41,784 nucleotides of DNA from a virus (lineage: Duplodnaviria > Caudoviricetes). The first letter of the stretch is position 1. Every line of letters begins with the position of its first letter. This document shows, piece by piece, positions 29,301 through 35,699 of this stretch. The translations under genes and the position numbers were made by a program. Under the pieces are notes generated by a model. It did no database searches and had not been told where the DNA came from. It worked only from the letters and a program-made list of their open reading frames with translations. The stretch covers positions 1 through 41,784 of the IMG/VR virus record IMGVR_UViG_3300027769_000052. One strand, given 5' to 3'.

Positions 29301-32300
29301 CTCCACATTTGTCGGAAAGAAACCCCTTGGCTCACAGCCGACACACGCCACTGGAGACGAAGGAAACATCGGAAGTGCCAGAGTCCTCAACGGGGCTATG
29401 ACGCCTTGGTACAACTCGCTTCAGGTTCTTAAGAAGACGGGGCTTTGGACTAACATCAGCGAGGAACTTCAGATCGCCATCGAAGACCGCAAGCAGTTAA
29501 AGAAGCCCTACAACACGACCAACCTTCTTGAGGACATCCTTACGCAGACTGCTCAGGATATCGTTATGCAGAGGGTTTCGTTCGATAAGGGTGTTAAGCC
29601 AGAAGATGTACGCGAAGCCGTTCAGCAGTTCATCATTAATATGGCTGACGCCAACCTACTCAGTGTTTTTGAGACTAGGTTGAACGCGGATCTGAATCCT
29701 AAGGCCATCGAGGATATCATCACGAACTTCCAGAACATCGGTTATGCCCTCAATGCCGAGTTGGGCGGCAGACTGTACGCGACTGGTATGCTACCTAAGG
29801 GTACTAGCGGACTTAAGTCTCAGGTGGTTAACACCGAAGGTGCCGTCATCAAGTCTCGCGTAAATACTTGGGGTGAAAACCAGCACAGGTTTGAAATGGA
29901 CGACGGTCAGACGATGAGCAACGCAAAGGAGGCACTTCGTCTTAACAGAGAACACGACCTTGGCCTGACGATGACCTCTTGGACGCCGACTGATCCGACG
30001 CATAAGTTCAGCCCTGCTGACGATGTTCCTCAGTTCCTCCGTAAGAGCAAAGCGTTCAACGACGAAGGCGTAAAAGGCAACGGATCTTTGTTTAGCAAGT
30101 ACGCGGAACATAACCTACCTAAGAACGCGGCGATCTCGTTTGAGGTTGATGACGCTGGAAACATCAGGGTAAAGGCAAAGAACTCGGAAACTGGAAACAC
30201 CGTTATGGCGTTCACCATTCTTTCCCCTAAGGACAAGAAGTCCGTCACAGTCAACAATGCCTTCCTCGCCGAAACCCCTGAAAGCATCGCACAGAAGCGT
30301 CAGAGCAAGTGGTACGAGGAATATACTGATTCTGAAGGCGTACTAAGAAACAGAAGATCTAGCAGACCTATTGTCATCGACGAACTGGCTGGAAGCCCAG
30401 ATCTCAAGGTGTCGATGGTCAGAGAAACAATTGAGCGTCTTCGTCAGTCTGGGTTTAAGCGTATGTTCTACGACTCCTTCGACTCTCACGACATCGAAAG
30501 CGTCATCAAGGAAGCCTTTGAGAAAGATCCTGAACTCAGCCAAAAGGGCTGGGAGTACGACGAGAGCGGTTGGAACATTGACAAGAAGAAGGCTTACTCT
30601 CCCGCTGATAGCCCTAAGCAAAAGTTCCTAAGCGTCGATCGTGCGTTCTCTGACTCAGAAAATCAAAACGCCGTCGTAAAGGGTGGCTTCTTCAGCAAGC
30701 GAGCCGCTGATGTGTTTGGAGAATCAATCAAGGACTTCCACTTCTCTTTCAATCCTTCAACCGTGTTTGGTGCTGGCAATAGGAGCATTATGGTCGTCCT
30801 TGAACATAAGGGCAATGCGGTGATGTCGTTCACTATCCTCCCGACGATGCAGGGCGATATGAACAATCCGAACAGAGAAGGTAAGATGATGGGCAAGGCT
30901 GAGATCAGGGCCGTCTGGGAGAACACCAACTACACCAGAGACTCTAAGAACGGTCTTGGCGATATGCAGAAGTTGTACGCTGGCGTGTTTACTGAAATGG
31001 TTGAACGCCTTCGCCAGACTGGTCAGAAGTTCGTTTCCGTCCACGAAGAGTCGTTGCCTAACGCGATCAAGGGTGATGTTAAGGCCGCGATGAGTGCCGT
31101 GTTTGGTCACGAACCCCACGGCAAGGTCTCGAACTATGGTTCCGCTAAGGACGGTGCGTCCGAACTGATCGGCGATATGATGTCTGGATTGCAGGGCAAG
31201 AGCAGTGGCCCGAACGACGCTTGGTTCCTTCAGAAGGGTAAAGCATACAAGCCTTCCGACTACCAGTCGTTTGGCGAATGGGAGACCAAGTGGGTTGAAA
31301 AGGGCGGCGGCTCTTTCGGAGAGATCTTTGAGGCTTGGAAGCACTTTGAGACCAAGGGAGGTATGTACAGCGTGTACGACCCTAACTTTGAGCGTAAGGT
31401 CGGAACCAAGTCTATCTCGCTGGTAGACCTGATGAAGATCGTCAACCACAAGGGGATCAACTGGGCCGAAGCCACTCCGCAGGAGCAGTTGATGTTCGAT
31501 TTGCTTGGCCTTCTTGATTCGTTCTCTGGTCTTAGAAAAGAAAGCGGTGCTAGGGTCATTATGGATGAACCGCATCAGCGGTCGCACTCCTCTGGTGCGG
31601 CTGAAAGCCAGATGCGTGTTGAGAACCACTATTACTTCAAGACTACTGGAGACCTCACTACACTGATCGAAGAGATCCACCATTCGCTGTTCGGCTCAGA
31701 ACGCGAAGGGATGATCAGGGACGACTACAACGAACTAGGCATTGGTGACGGATACCCGACTCTAAGAGAGAACAAGGTTAAGAAAGACGGCACACGCCTT
31801 CCGTCTTGGGAGGGTGGCCTTACTCACGGTCAGATCCACGCCCCGATTCCGTCCGCTGATTGGATCGCTCAGATGCGTCAGGCGAACAAGAATAACTTAG
31901 ATGTGACTCTAGCCAGCAACCTTGAACCTAGGGTGGCTATGCGTCGTGCGGCGTTCTATACGCTGATCGAGGCTTGGATGAGAGTGTTTGAGAACACCCC
32001 TGCCGAGATGATCAAGAGTATGGCTACTACGCGTGTCGGTAAGGCCGCGATTAAGTCTAATCCTGATGTGACCGCCGCTGAACTTGCTTTGGGCACACAG
32101 CCTCAGGCCGTTCAAAGAACAAAAGCCTCTGGTCGTTATCCTAACAGACGCACCGTTAAGTTTACTGAAAGAGACGCGGCGAACAAACTTCGCATTGGAT
32201 CTCCTAGAGACAGATCTTTTGCGGATCCTGCCGACTCTGCTTACTCCGACGACTACCATCTGCCTACCCTTGTTGAGTTCGCGGCTGGCGTGTTGAACGA

Positions 32301-33594
32301 CAGCAAGATCCAAGCCCTGCTTGCCAGACTTCCTAAGGTTGAAGGCGACGCCATCGACACGGTTCTGGATCACTACGAGAAGTCTCAGAACGCCGAGTAC
32401 AAGGGTTGGGCTGGCAAGGTCAGATCCGCTTGGTCTTCTGCTCAGACGATGTTCAACCAAGTCCTTGCCGCGATCCGTACGCTGGCTTGGTACAATAGCG
32501 GGTACATCAGAGATGTCGAAGAGGCCAGATCCAAGGTCGATCCGCTTGCCAAGGCCGCAGACGACCTACGCTCCAATCAGAAGAAGGACACGCTTCTAGA
32601 CACAGCGATCAGGGCCGCGATTATGATCAACCCGCGATCCGCTGGGCCAGACACAATGGTAGAAAAGATCGGGTACAACGGTGACAAAACTTACACCCGT
32701 CAGGGCATCAAGGATCCTAGAACTACGCGTGTTGATTCTGACACTAGCCTGATTCTAGCCAACGCCGCGTCCAATGTGAAACTCAGGGCTGACTACGCCG
32801 CCAGCAAGCCTCAGGCCGAAGCCGCTGAAGCCGCGACAGCCAAGGGCGTATCTGCCAGAGTGTCGTTCGTTAAAGGTCTTTCCGACCAGATCAAGAACCC
32901 TCCCCAGAGGACTGGAGCGATGGTTACCCAGAAGTCTCAGTGGAGTAATTCTGCCAGAAGAGTTTGGGACAGCAGTGTTGCCAAACCTTCGACGGTCAGG
33001 TTTGTGAGTCCTTCCGCTGTCCTAGTTAACGAAGTCCTTGGTGCCCAGTCTCACAAACAGGACGGAGGGTACAGCCTTACAAGCCACCTCAGGGGAACAG
33101 ATATCTCAAAGACAGGAACGACGATAGAGAGCCTGTACCCAGACCTAGACTCGATCCTTCCTGATCACAAGGAGACTAAGTATACTATGCGTGGAGATCA
33201 GGAAAAGAATTTGATGAAGCAAACGGTTGATCTGATCAAAGATGGGAACAACGAAGTCGCCAGACTATACGAAAGCGTCAGGGAGTCGCTTAGAACTGGA
33301 ACTAAGAACGACGACATTGTTCCTATCCCGCTTAGTTACGGCGACTCTGGTAATGGCTGGTACAACCTTACAATCGATGGATATGAGAACGCGTTCAATT
33401 CGTCTCCTGAAGCACGGCGTCTCTCGTACCAAAAGATCCGTGCTACGCTTCTGGCATTCCATTTCCATAATCTGTCTGTTCCTGCATCGGAAAGGGTTCC
33501 CCTGCCGATCTTGATGGAAAATAAGTCCAACAGCCGTTGGGCTAAGACAAGTGGCTTTGAGTTTACTCAAGGCGACACAAAGTTCCGAGAATGA
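20356..33594 (+). CDS. Giant polyvalent ejection protein, 4412 aa
   Basis: Uninterrupted 13.2-kb ORF, third in the ejection trio; Gly-rich hydrophobic region, AHELFHG zincin motif, DWY...GPKTPNF...TVDVWAAR...QALIW domain, internal duplication, second EEIHH...VEFAA motif. Confidence 0.85.
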   Translation: MANDFKFQPNKEVVAAKKAEEQAAADAAAGKPKDLVAEILAAPPIDAKREQEIGNKHFRRILHGVNGTSDDKAPLTQDEAAIKDAYEKELKANYAAEMERAKKVDAVALSPSPLNDKQKDALGRHLNIQFVQNRGLWKKMTDDEIATMLDYRRRNRDDWRQVYAEYNPNGTKWDVAAHGFKSWAKSLKLPVIGRSTSQLFSTSDMLSELSNTDNTRLQTNAAVQAEFWAVLKKFKADPNSRRKETVDGLLAEIEKNKELLLQSNWEKHPEFKAKIDTLNNVEMADLILALNHTRSPYFQKGEKVRGVFDKPYQMRLDDFVLDDVDGEWDPEWARKYTPLTAIAYAHTGGMGHDDPAAEARQTLYNRIIGGEIPDSGGLPFGLGVNKRWNKGSHPILFAVDNIGKGAFSAGESDNAFYSKVLMAQRYAQSGAAVAEGALTGAVTLGKGVINEAYDPTEEASWSNLFTEGEVGFIKNWFHTVGTGTLTDMKQMVTMFKASMRTSDSIDAYMNGEKSLIAGPALAMLSGMSLDDAQKTLRKYGALNAEAINTGMFRYNPSAIAGKSAVIGQAGMAGGVGVIGGITKFNNVLAANKIITLRRAVTINNKLTKLGNGIAAVEAFSFGLPAKVVGTVVGGTGRATLYAVGKAGEAIANGLNKIGLNITPNKALGMVGVSSAFTNFTLGQKLLGLYGFGVAANDVGFFLKRFGYTGVNANGYGFAKAMEEVGKEWSKGPVAGSIFEGATNLTAFGARIAKGAGKYTFLTIPMHDFVKGSWHGAGVGYGLGFMQDGHRAGVAGLWGGVGMGGAGGAYASWGQWRGGLYAHAQTKSELFKLVENDPIQLELVKEQVKNAEIRQDWNAIPLMLGSAKYAAEHGFRVTLHRNGDIQHIDENLLDVDSLTDADLTINGKKHDLVAERDTLNALAEAELNIRRRLAQDDAETDPLKKLSDAQRAQLLQDAMTASQAAEAKHADYRKAIKDWLTDLKVNGDEATRAKVAYLNNHYQGLFVSGKAGEGVIFVNVDLANNTATAHELFHGVQTAIAIHSAKAHFVNQVFGISSDTIVETDATGQLISKGILTVQKGGASVDILKDFAQLYIDTLYAGKGREAVRDRKKAQVLEAIDALNRKDLTVDAMQAAESILRNYAEEFGAYYFESYLVRNKADLLYNKGKYSAFERILNQVENYIDHNTKLDLNGQGIHENILRIRNERESKNQRELVRKLDNVHKKLAEQNQKLLDLAQKEANGDVSRDANGEVIWKAGKKARAETIREGIGLLHKQRLDLQAAAKQNRIGSTFVNKDGTHLILPQAEAAIKRIIESKPKSLSTNPFDLSTLPKKDLESILTRAGLEHWVDQNGNLKPREVIEKETAERGKASIDLLKQLGHKVTGIVFHEDKDGNTRGIGVLTDEGIKALRDKLLITDSELIKITTLRNVIRGVIGMDPLGGGEMNFLYNGLSGEYYAGDGSVGRNRKPKNEVAPTYRRVLPYKMEFVMTTKDRDGNKIPPRFEVMMTGIDMGVVLDRAAFEFGQSYAIGNTGTTFSVSEQFGGNFALFKQAIHMYITGLSEGRMPSADLFGGGERGQAIRDVMLRVIGPSPERSFRSDGTPMFDNNPIIRPFNTWDRGPNFAFTTFRVDLMQDIEVIHSALKFDEQTGYNNLTKNFSPVQYTSPQTVRGRVNFTATADYEWINRRKENIVGTRTASYTVTQTKDGRFQVGSEDFKKPIIVSSEKAAKDFIELDVQRREYIGKNILAAHLHGGESGVLAVSHNGKYMLIDTKNKNRPIEGRVFDNEVQAVTEAARIHNDNLLSLLRGKTGERERRLAESLIEQAIASNSSNPEMIPQRLAIGKGGLPKMSIVRDAEGKEVKYTANDDEVKRGLAVPNQTKKVVQFQKVGYGLMESMVGNSNLRLMDPAVIGAAERVAEELVREAREAVRDPAKRKGIDWYRRMVRDGYSVFGSIYGMFSELEGATSARTPVAENFKQAMEALTLFSRNAYNKQLAEVDAAIKDIEARAAVKDEVTGRSKFEAEAVDILHKKAAAKEANEKFDEDLDWFEWEDPQSVGRDIDAEALAGFRDAYLNIRNTSKKTTLTPAQLSDALQGAKSKVFKQAGALMLRANGKKYNANTVKVGQVMYGLWRDLTEGPKTPNFAGNLSGLVRSATVDVWAARSLHRIINSKINGRQKWRLSAGMETGVDYVWYPQGDNFNPNWEGGGDFFFGQKIFELAAETLRQEGGDFADMMPDDLQALIWFHEKGIWAENGWTDSAGAEFSSFEGPTERVSGTRDATGVNEWNNIRRFLVGVSGSYWSGGIDIPVAGKIVAQSAIARQYTAPQGRVLQLKGAVADALKPIGQNSGQSYGYYGDYLEHSLFFDILVQRGRTQDLAQEAAKGDSELVKAQNKLDGLRAKMRDPNTPSTERGKIDKAIRKAEAALATAKSGRTEKNAAYQQEVSNPSMLNQMSLLLEHMIGVAKNYNQSDVMVGEVVGENHPNARPAMEVLFAKDKPVDLATALDIANRLKAAGKDWISGFTLVPDPRNGANPRLTEITKRLAEVTAERGVPVKGKEAEFQKLTNEVNSLTKFIGVRSEANPEMTARFATDNPIAEIKTGKRNLLTEADARWYMENWRQAVKDASLSITEHNGIRLQPREYFVSTETVPKGSYDSFNPAEIGREVSLADRLHRYRVGLEREAALADEFVRTGELFPSESTVLKDNRTTWAATSADREAGSRVDPSLDAYEQGQTAARVSGNIKLTPDAADAWIKKAFTVPMIKSDGGIVWGNKDFTVTQRRAADGTLTNTYEIRGAYDRHPTIVTGLENAKIATKQRITGDLGAAAGERSIEVNGEKFTINEATILGFTEAGEANNPNAGRYDKESNIFKYKPDDAPEVQKHPYNSKQFRDVFTNQSGPITDFYSHRAEKVHARLNALMARLGLDQKWEVQFRIDNVNDNTTPDYQFNAGRTSLVIVTKNGNFPIRIGFQSWDVSKVATDPNSTFVGKKPLGSQPTHATGDEGNIGSARVLNGAMTPWYNSLQVLKKTGLWTNISEELQIAIEDRKQLKKPYNTTNLLEDILTQTAQDIVMQRVSFDKGVKPEDVREAVQQFIINMADANLLSVFETRLNADLNPKAIEDIITNFQNIGYALNAELGGRLYATGMLPKGTSGLKSQVVNTEGAVIKSRVNTWGENQHRFEMDDGQTMSNAKEALRLNREHDLGLTMTSWTPTDPTHKFSPADDVPQFLRKSKAFNDEGVKGNGSLFSKYAEHNLPKNAAISFEVDDAGNIRVKAKNSETGNTVMAFTILSPKDKKSVTVNNAFLAETPESIAQKRQSKWYEEYTDSEGVLRNRRSSRPIVIDELAGSPDLKVSMVRETIERLRQSGFKRMFYDSFDSHDIESVIKEAFEKDPELSQKGWEYDESGWNIDKKKAYSPADSPKQKFLSVDRAFSDSENQNAVVKGGFFSKRAADVFGESIKDFHFSFNPSTVFGAGNRSIMVVLEHKGNAVMSFTILPTMQGDMNNPNREGKMMGKAEIRAVWENTNYTRDSKNGLGDMQKLYAGVFTEMVERLRQTGQKFVSVHEESLPNAIKGDVKAAMSAVFGHEPHGKVSNYGSAKDGASELIGDMMSGLQGKSSGPNDAWFLQKGKAYKPSDYQSFGEWETKWVEKGGGSFGEIFEAWKHFETKGGMYSVYDPNFERKVGTKSISLVDLMKIVNHKGINWAEATPQEQLMFDLLGLLDSFSGLRKESGARVIMDEPHQRSHSSGAAESQMRVENHYYFKTTGDLTTLIEEIHHSLFGSEREGMIRDDYNELGIGDGYPTLRENKVKKDGTRLPSWEGGLTHGQIHAPIPSADWIAQMRQANKNNLDVTLASNLEPRVAMRRAAFYTLIEAWMRVFENTPAEMIKSMATTRVGKAAIKSNPDVTAAELALGTQPQAVQRTKASGRYPNRRTVKFTERDAANKLRIGSPRDRSFADPADSAYSDDYHLPTLVEFAAGVLNDSKIQALLARLPKVEGDAIDTVLDHYEKSQNAEYKGWAGKVRSAWSSAQTMFNQVLAAIRTLAWYNSGYIRDVEEARSKVDPLAKAADDLRSNQKKDTLLDTAIRAAIMINPRSAGPDTMVEKIGYNGDKTYTRQGIKDPRTTRVDSDTSLILANAASNVKLRADYAASKPQAEAAEAATAKGVSARVSFVKGLSDQIKNPPQRTGAMVTQKSQWSNSARRVWDSSVAKPSTVRFVSPSAVLVNEVLGAQSHKQDGGYSLTSHLRGTDISKTGTTIESLYPDLDSILPDHKETKYTMRGDQEKNLMKQTVDLIKDGNNEVARLYESVRESLRTGTKNDDIVPIPLSYGDSGNGWYNLTIDGYENAFNSSPEARRLSYQKIRATLLAFHFHNLSVPASERVPLPILMENKSNSRWAKTSGFEFTQGDTKFRE

Positions 33595-33938
33595 GTCCTA
33601 CCTCACCAGACTATGCCCAAGCCGCTGATGACTTCAAGCGGGGTGGCTGGATCGTCTCGCTCTTAGGCGGGGCTGGGATGCTGGCCCGAATGCTGATCAC
33701 CGATCAGTCGTCGAAGGCGATCATCTGGGTTCGCAAGATCCTCGCGGCTGGGATCATCGGGGTCATCACTTACTTTGCTCTTCACGGCGTCGAGATCGCT
33801 GGCATCTACAAGGCCCTGATCCTCGCATTCTCTGGTATGGCCTCACCTGAGGTCGTCGAACTGATCGTATCCAAGGTCAACAATGCGAAAGACAAAGAAA
33901 AGCCAAAGCCCAAGCCCAGCAAAAAACGGCGTCGCTGA
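33591..33938 (+). CDS. Putative holin
   Basis: 115 aa with three hydrophobic helices and highly basic C-terminus KEKPKPKPSKKRRR. Confidence 0.75.
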   Translation: MSPTSPDYAQAADDFKRGGWIVSLLGGAGMLARMLITDQSSKAIIWVRKILAAGIIGVITYFALHGVEIAGIYKALILAFSGMASPEVVELIVSKVNNAKDKEKPKPKPSKKRRR

Positions 33939-34227
33939 GTCTATCATCGCGATCCAGAGTGCGTTCCTGCTTCTGGTCGGCATTGCTGGACTGCTCAGTG
34001 CTTCGACGATCGTCGCTGGGTTCAAGGCGATCACCAACGCCAACTCAGCCGTCGCCCTGATCACGGACAAGGCGGTCATCACTGACGCGGGAGACAACAT
34101 CCCGATCGAACGGGTCGAAGGCATCGTCAACAACTTTCAAATCGTATGCGTAGTAACACTAGCCGTAGGCGGTCTAATCGCAGTGGCGTCTGGAATACGC
34201 TTACTGATCAAACTCAGGAACTCCTGA
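33883..34227 (+). CDS. Two-TM membrane protein of the lysis cassette
   Basis: Two hydrophobic segments flanking a short polar loop; start uncertain (56-bp overlap with holin). Confidence 0.6.
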   Translation: MRKTKKSQSPSPAKNGVAESIIAIQSAFLLLVGIAGLLSASTIVAGFKAITNANSAVALITDKAVITDAGDNIPIERVEGIVNNFQIVCVVTLAVGGLIAVASGIRLLIKLRNS

Positions 34228-34228
34228 A

Positions 34229-34972
34229 ATGGATCTTCGCCAGATTCAAGTCCTTGCTCTCTCGCTGGCTCTGATCGCCTGTTCGACGAAGAAGCCGACC
34301 GAGCCAGCAGTGGCTCAGGCTCCTATCGCCGCGAGCGATAACTTCGCCGACAAACAGGATGTCGCGATCGAGCGGGCGGCTGGCTATGTCGCGGTCGCGG
34401 CGGCTGAGAACAAGAAGGCCCCGCCTGACAGCGAACCAGCCAAGACGGTCGGCGTACTGCTTGAGGCGGCGGGATCGTACCTCGACAAGCCTAGCCAGAA
34501 GAACATTGACCACGCCGTCGCCTTGGCTGGAGACCACGGCAAGTTGACCAAGGTCAAGGCCGATGCCGAAAAGACGATCAAGGAGATCAACGACGCGTGG
34601 AGCAAGGTGGTCGCCGACGCCGAGCGTCGCCGCGTAGAGGCCGAGCGGAACCTAGCCGCCAAGCAGATGGAATTGGACGCCGCCGCCAAGCGGGAGCAGG
34701 ATCTGATCCTAGCCCTGCTGGGGGCTGGCCTGATCGCCGCTGGGGCCTTAGCCCTGATCTTTGGACACTGGATTGGCATCGGCAAGGCTGGGGCCTTAGC
34801 CCTGATGGCCTCTGGGGCTGGCGTAGCGGCCCTTCCACGCCTCTTTGACCGCAAGGAGTTCATATGGGTCGCCCTAGGGCTGTGCGTGGTCACAGCGGCC
34901 CAGATAGGGTGGTTCCTGTTCCGCAAATTGTTCCCCAAGGTTGACAAGCCGCCCTCCACGACTGAGGGTTAG
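34229..34972 (+). CDS. Lipoprotein with coiled coil and C-terminal TM helices (spanin-like)
   Basis: Lipobox LALIA-C at residue 18, Ala/Glu/Lys coiled coil, three hydrophobic segments at C-terminus. Confidence 0.65.
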   Translation: MDLRQIQVLALSLALIACSTKKPTEPAVAQAPIAASDNFADKQDVAIERAAGYVAVAAAENKKAPPDSEPAKTVGVLLEAAGSYLDKPSQKNIDHAVALAGDHGKLTKVKADAEKTIKEINDAWSKVVADAERRRVEAERNLAAKQMELDAAAKREQDLILALLGAGLIAAGALALIFGHWIGIGKAGALALMASGAGVAALPRLFDRKEFIWVALGLCVVTAAQIGWFLFRKLFPKVDKPPSTTEG

Positions 34973-35020
34973 TGTCTGGCGGCTCGTTGTCGCTGGGTGA
35001 ACCCAAAAGGCCAACGCCTT

Positions 35021-35056
35021 CTCCCTAGTTGCTTCGGTGACTAGGGAGTTTTGTTT
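35021..35056 (+). terminator. Rho-independent terminator ending the late operon
   Basis: CTCCCTAGTTGC-TTCG-GTGACTAGGGAG followed by TTTTGTTT. Confidence 0.9.
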
Positions 35057-35058
35057 GC

Positions 35059-35133
35059 TGGTGCGGGTGCTGGGAATCGAACCCAGATCAGCCGCTTAGA
35101 AGGCGGCGGTTCTATCCATTGAACTACACCCAC
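35059..35133 (-). tRNA. tRNA-Arg (anticodon UCU)
   Basis: GTGGGTG/CACCCGC acceptor, D-arm GTTCAATGGATAGAAC, anticodon arm GCCGC-CTTCTAA-GCGGC, T-loop GTTCGATTC, encoded CCA. Confidence 0.95.
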
Positions 35134-35208
35134 TGGAGCCTCAGGCAGGAGTTGAACCCGCGACATCCTGTTTACAAAACAGGCGTTCCACCGTTGAACT
35201 ACTGAGGC
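35134..35208 (-). tRNA. tRNA-Thr (anticodon UGU)
   Basis: GCCTCAG/CTGAGGC acceptor, anticodon arm CCTGT-TTTGTAA-ACAGG, T-loop GTTCAACTC, encoded CCA. Confidence 0.95.
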
Positions 35209-35651
35209 GGCAAGTCTGGAGGAAGGTCGATCACCTGACCGCGAAGCATCTTGTCCAGATCTTCGTGGCTGATCCTCAGGCGATGCTCGGTCACCGTGGT
35301 CGGCTGGTCGTTCAGGCCGAGGGCCTTGTCGGTGATGATCGCGATCGCCAGCGGCAACTGGGACGGCGAGATATTGTCCACCTCGTTAAGCAGTCGTTCG
35401 CCCATCTTCTGAGCCGCCGCCATCAGGTTGACCCTGTGTGCTTGCTTCCACGCGTTGACATCCTTCATCGAGTTCCTGATCGCGGTGACGGTATGCTCGC
35501 TGGAGCCTACGGACTTCGCGGTGGCGACGATGCCCTCGCCAGCCTCAAGCCGCTTCTCGATCTCCTCGCGTTTCTCCTTCGGGATCTTCGTTCCCTTGTG
35601 ACGCGACTTGATGTCGGTGCGGATCTTCTCTGGCTTCGGCTCGTACTCCAT
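35199..35651 (-). CDS. HTH protein, candidate terminase small subunit
   Basis: KREEIEKRLEAGEGIVATAKSVGSSEHTVTAIR (HTH), two long helices, QLPLAIAIITDKALGLNDQPTTVTEH, C-terminal VID. Confidence 0.65.
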   Translation of the reverse strand: MEYEPKPEKIRTDIKSRHKGTKIPKEKREEIEKRLEAGEGIVATAKSVGSSEHTVTAIRNSMKDVNAWKQAHRVNLMAAAQKMGERLLNEVDNISPSQLPLAIAIITDKALGLNDQPTTVTEHRLRISHEDLDKMLRGQVIDLPPDLPPQ

Positions 35652-35657
35652 AGCCTA

Positions 35658-35686
35658 AAGATGCTCGACTTGTCATAAGCCGTCAA
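35658..35686 (-). promoter_or_regulatory. Putative promoter of the HTH/tRNA transcript, near-leaderless
   Basis: Minus strand TTGACG-gctTATGACAagtcgag(17)-CATCTT-taggct-ATG. Confidence 0.55.
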
Positions 35687-35699
35687 CTACTGACGCGGT

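Noticed and set aside
20356-33594. Virion RNA polymerase (N4- or crAss-like) or tape measure protein
   Set aside because: No DxDGD or recognisable single-subunit RNAP motifs seen; no major tail or tail chaperone genes; context is podoviral ejection proteins
35059-35208. tRNAs as prophage attachment site or host boundary
   Set aside because: Phage genes continue on both sides, both tRNAs are complete, no integrase or duplicated tRNA 3' end is visible
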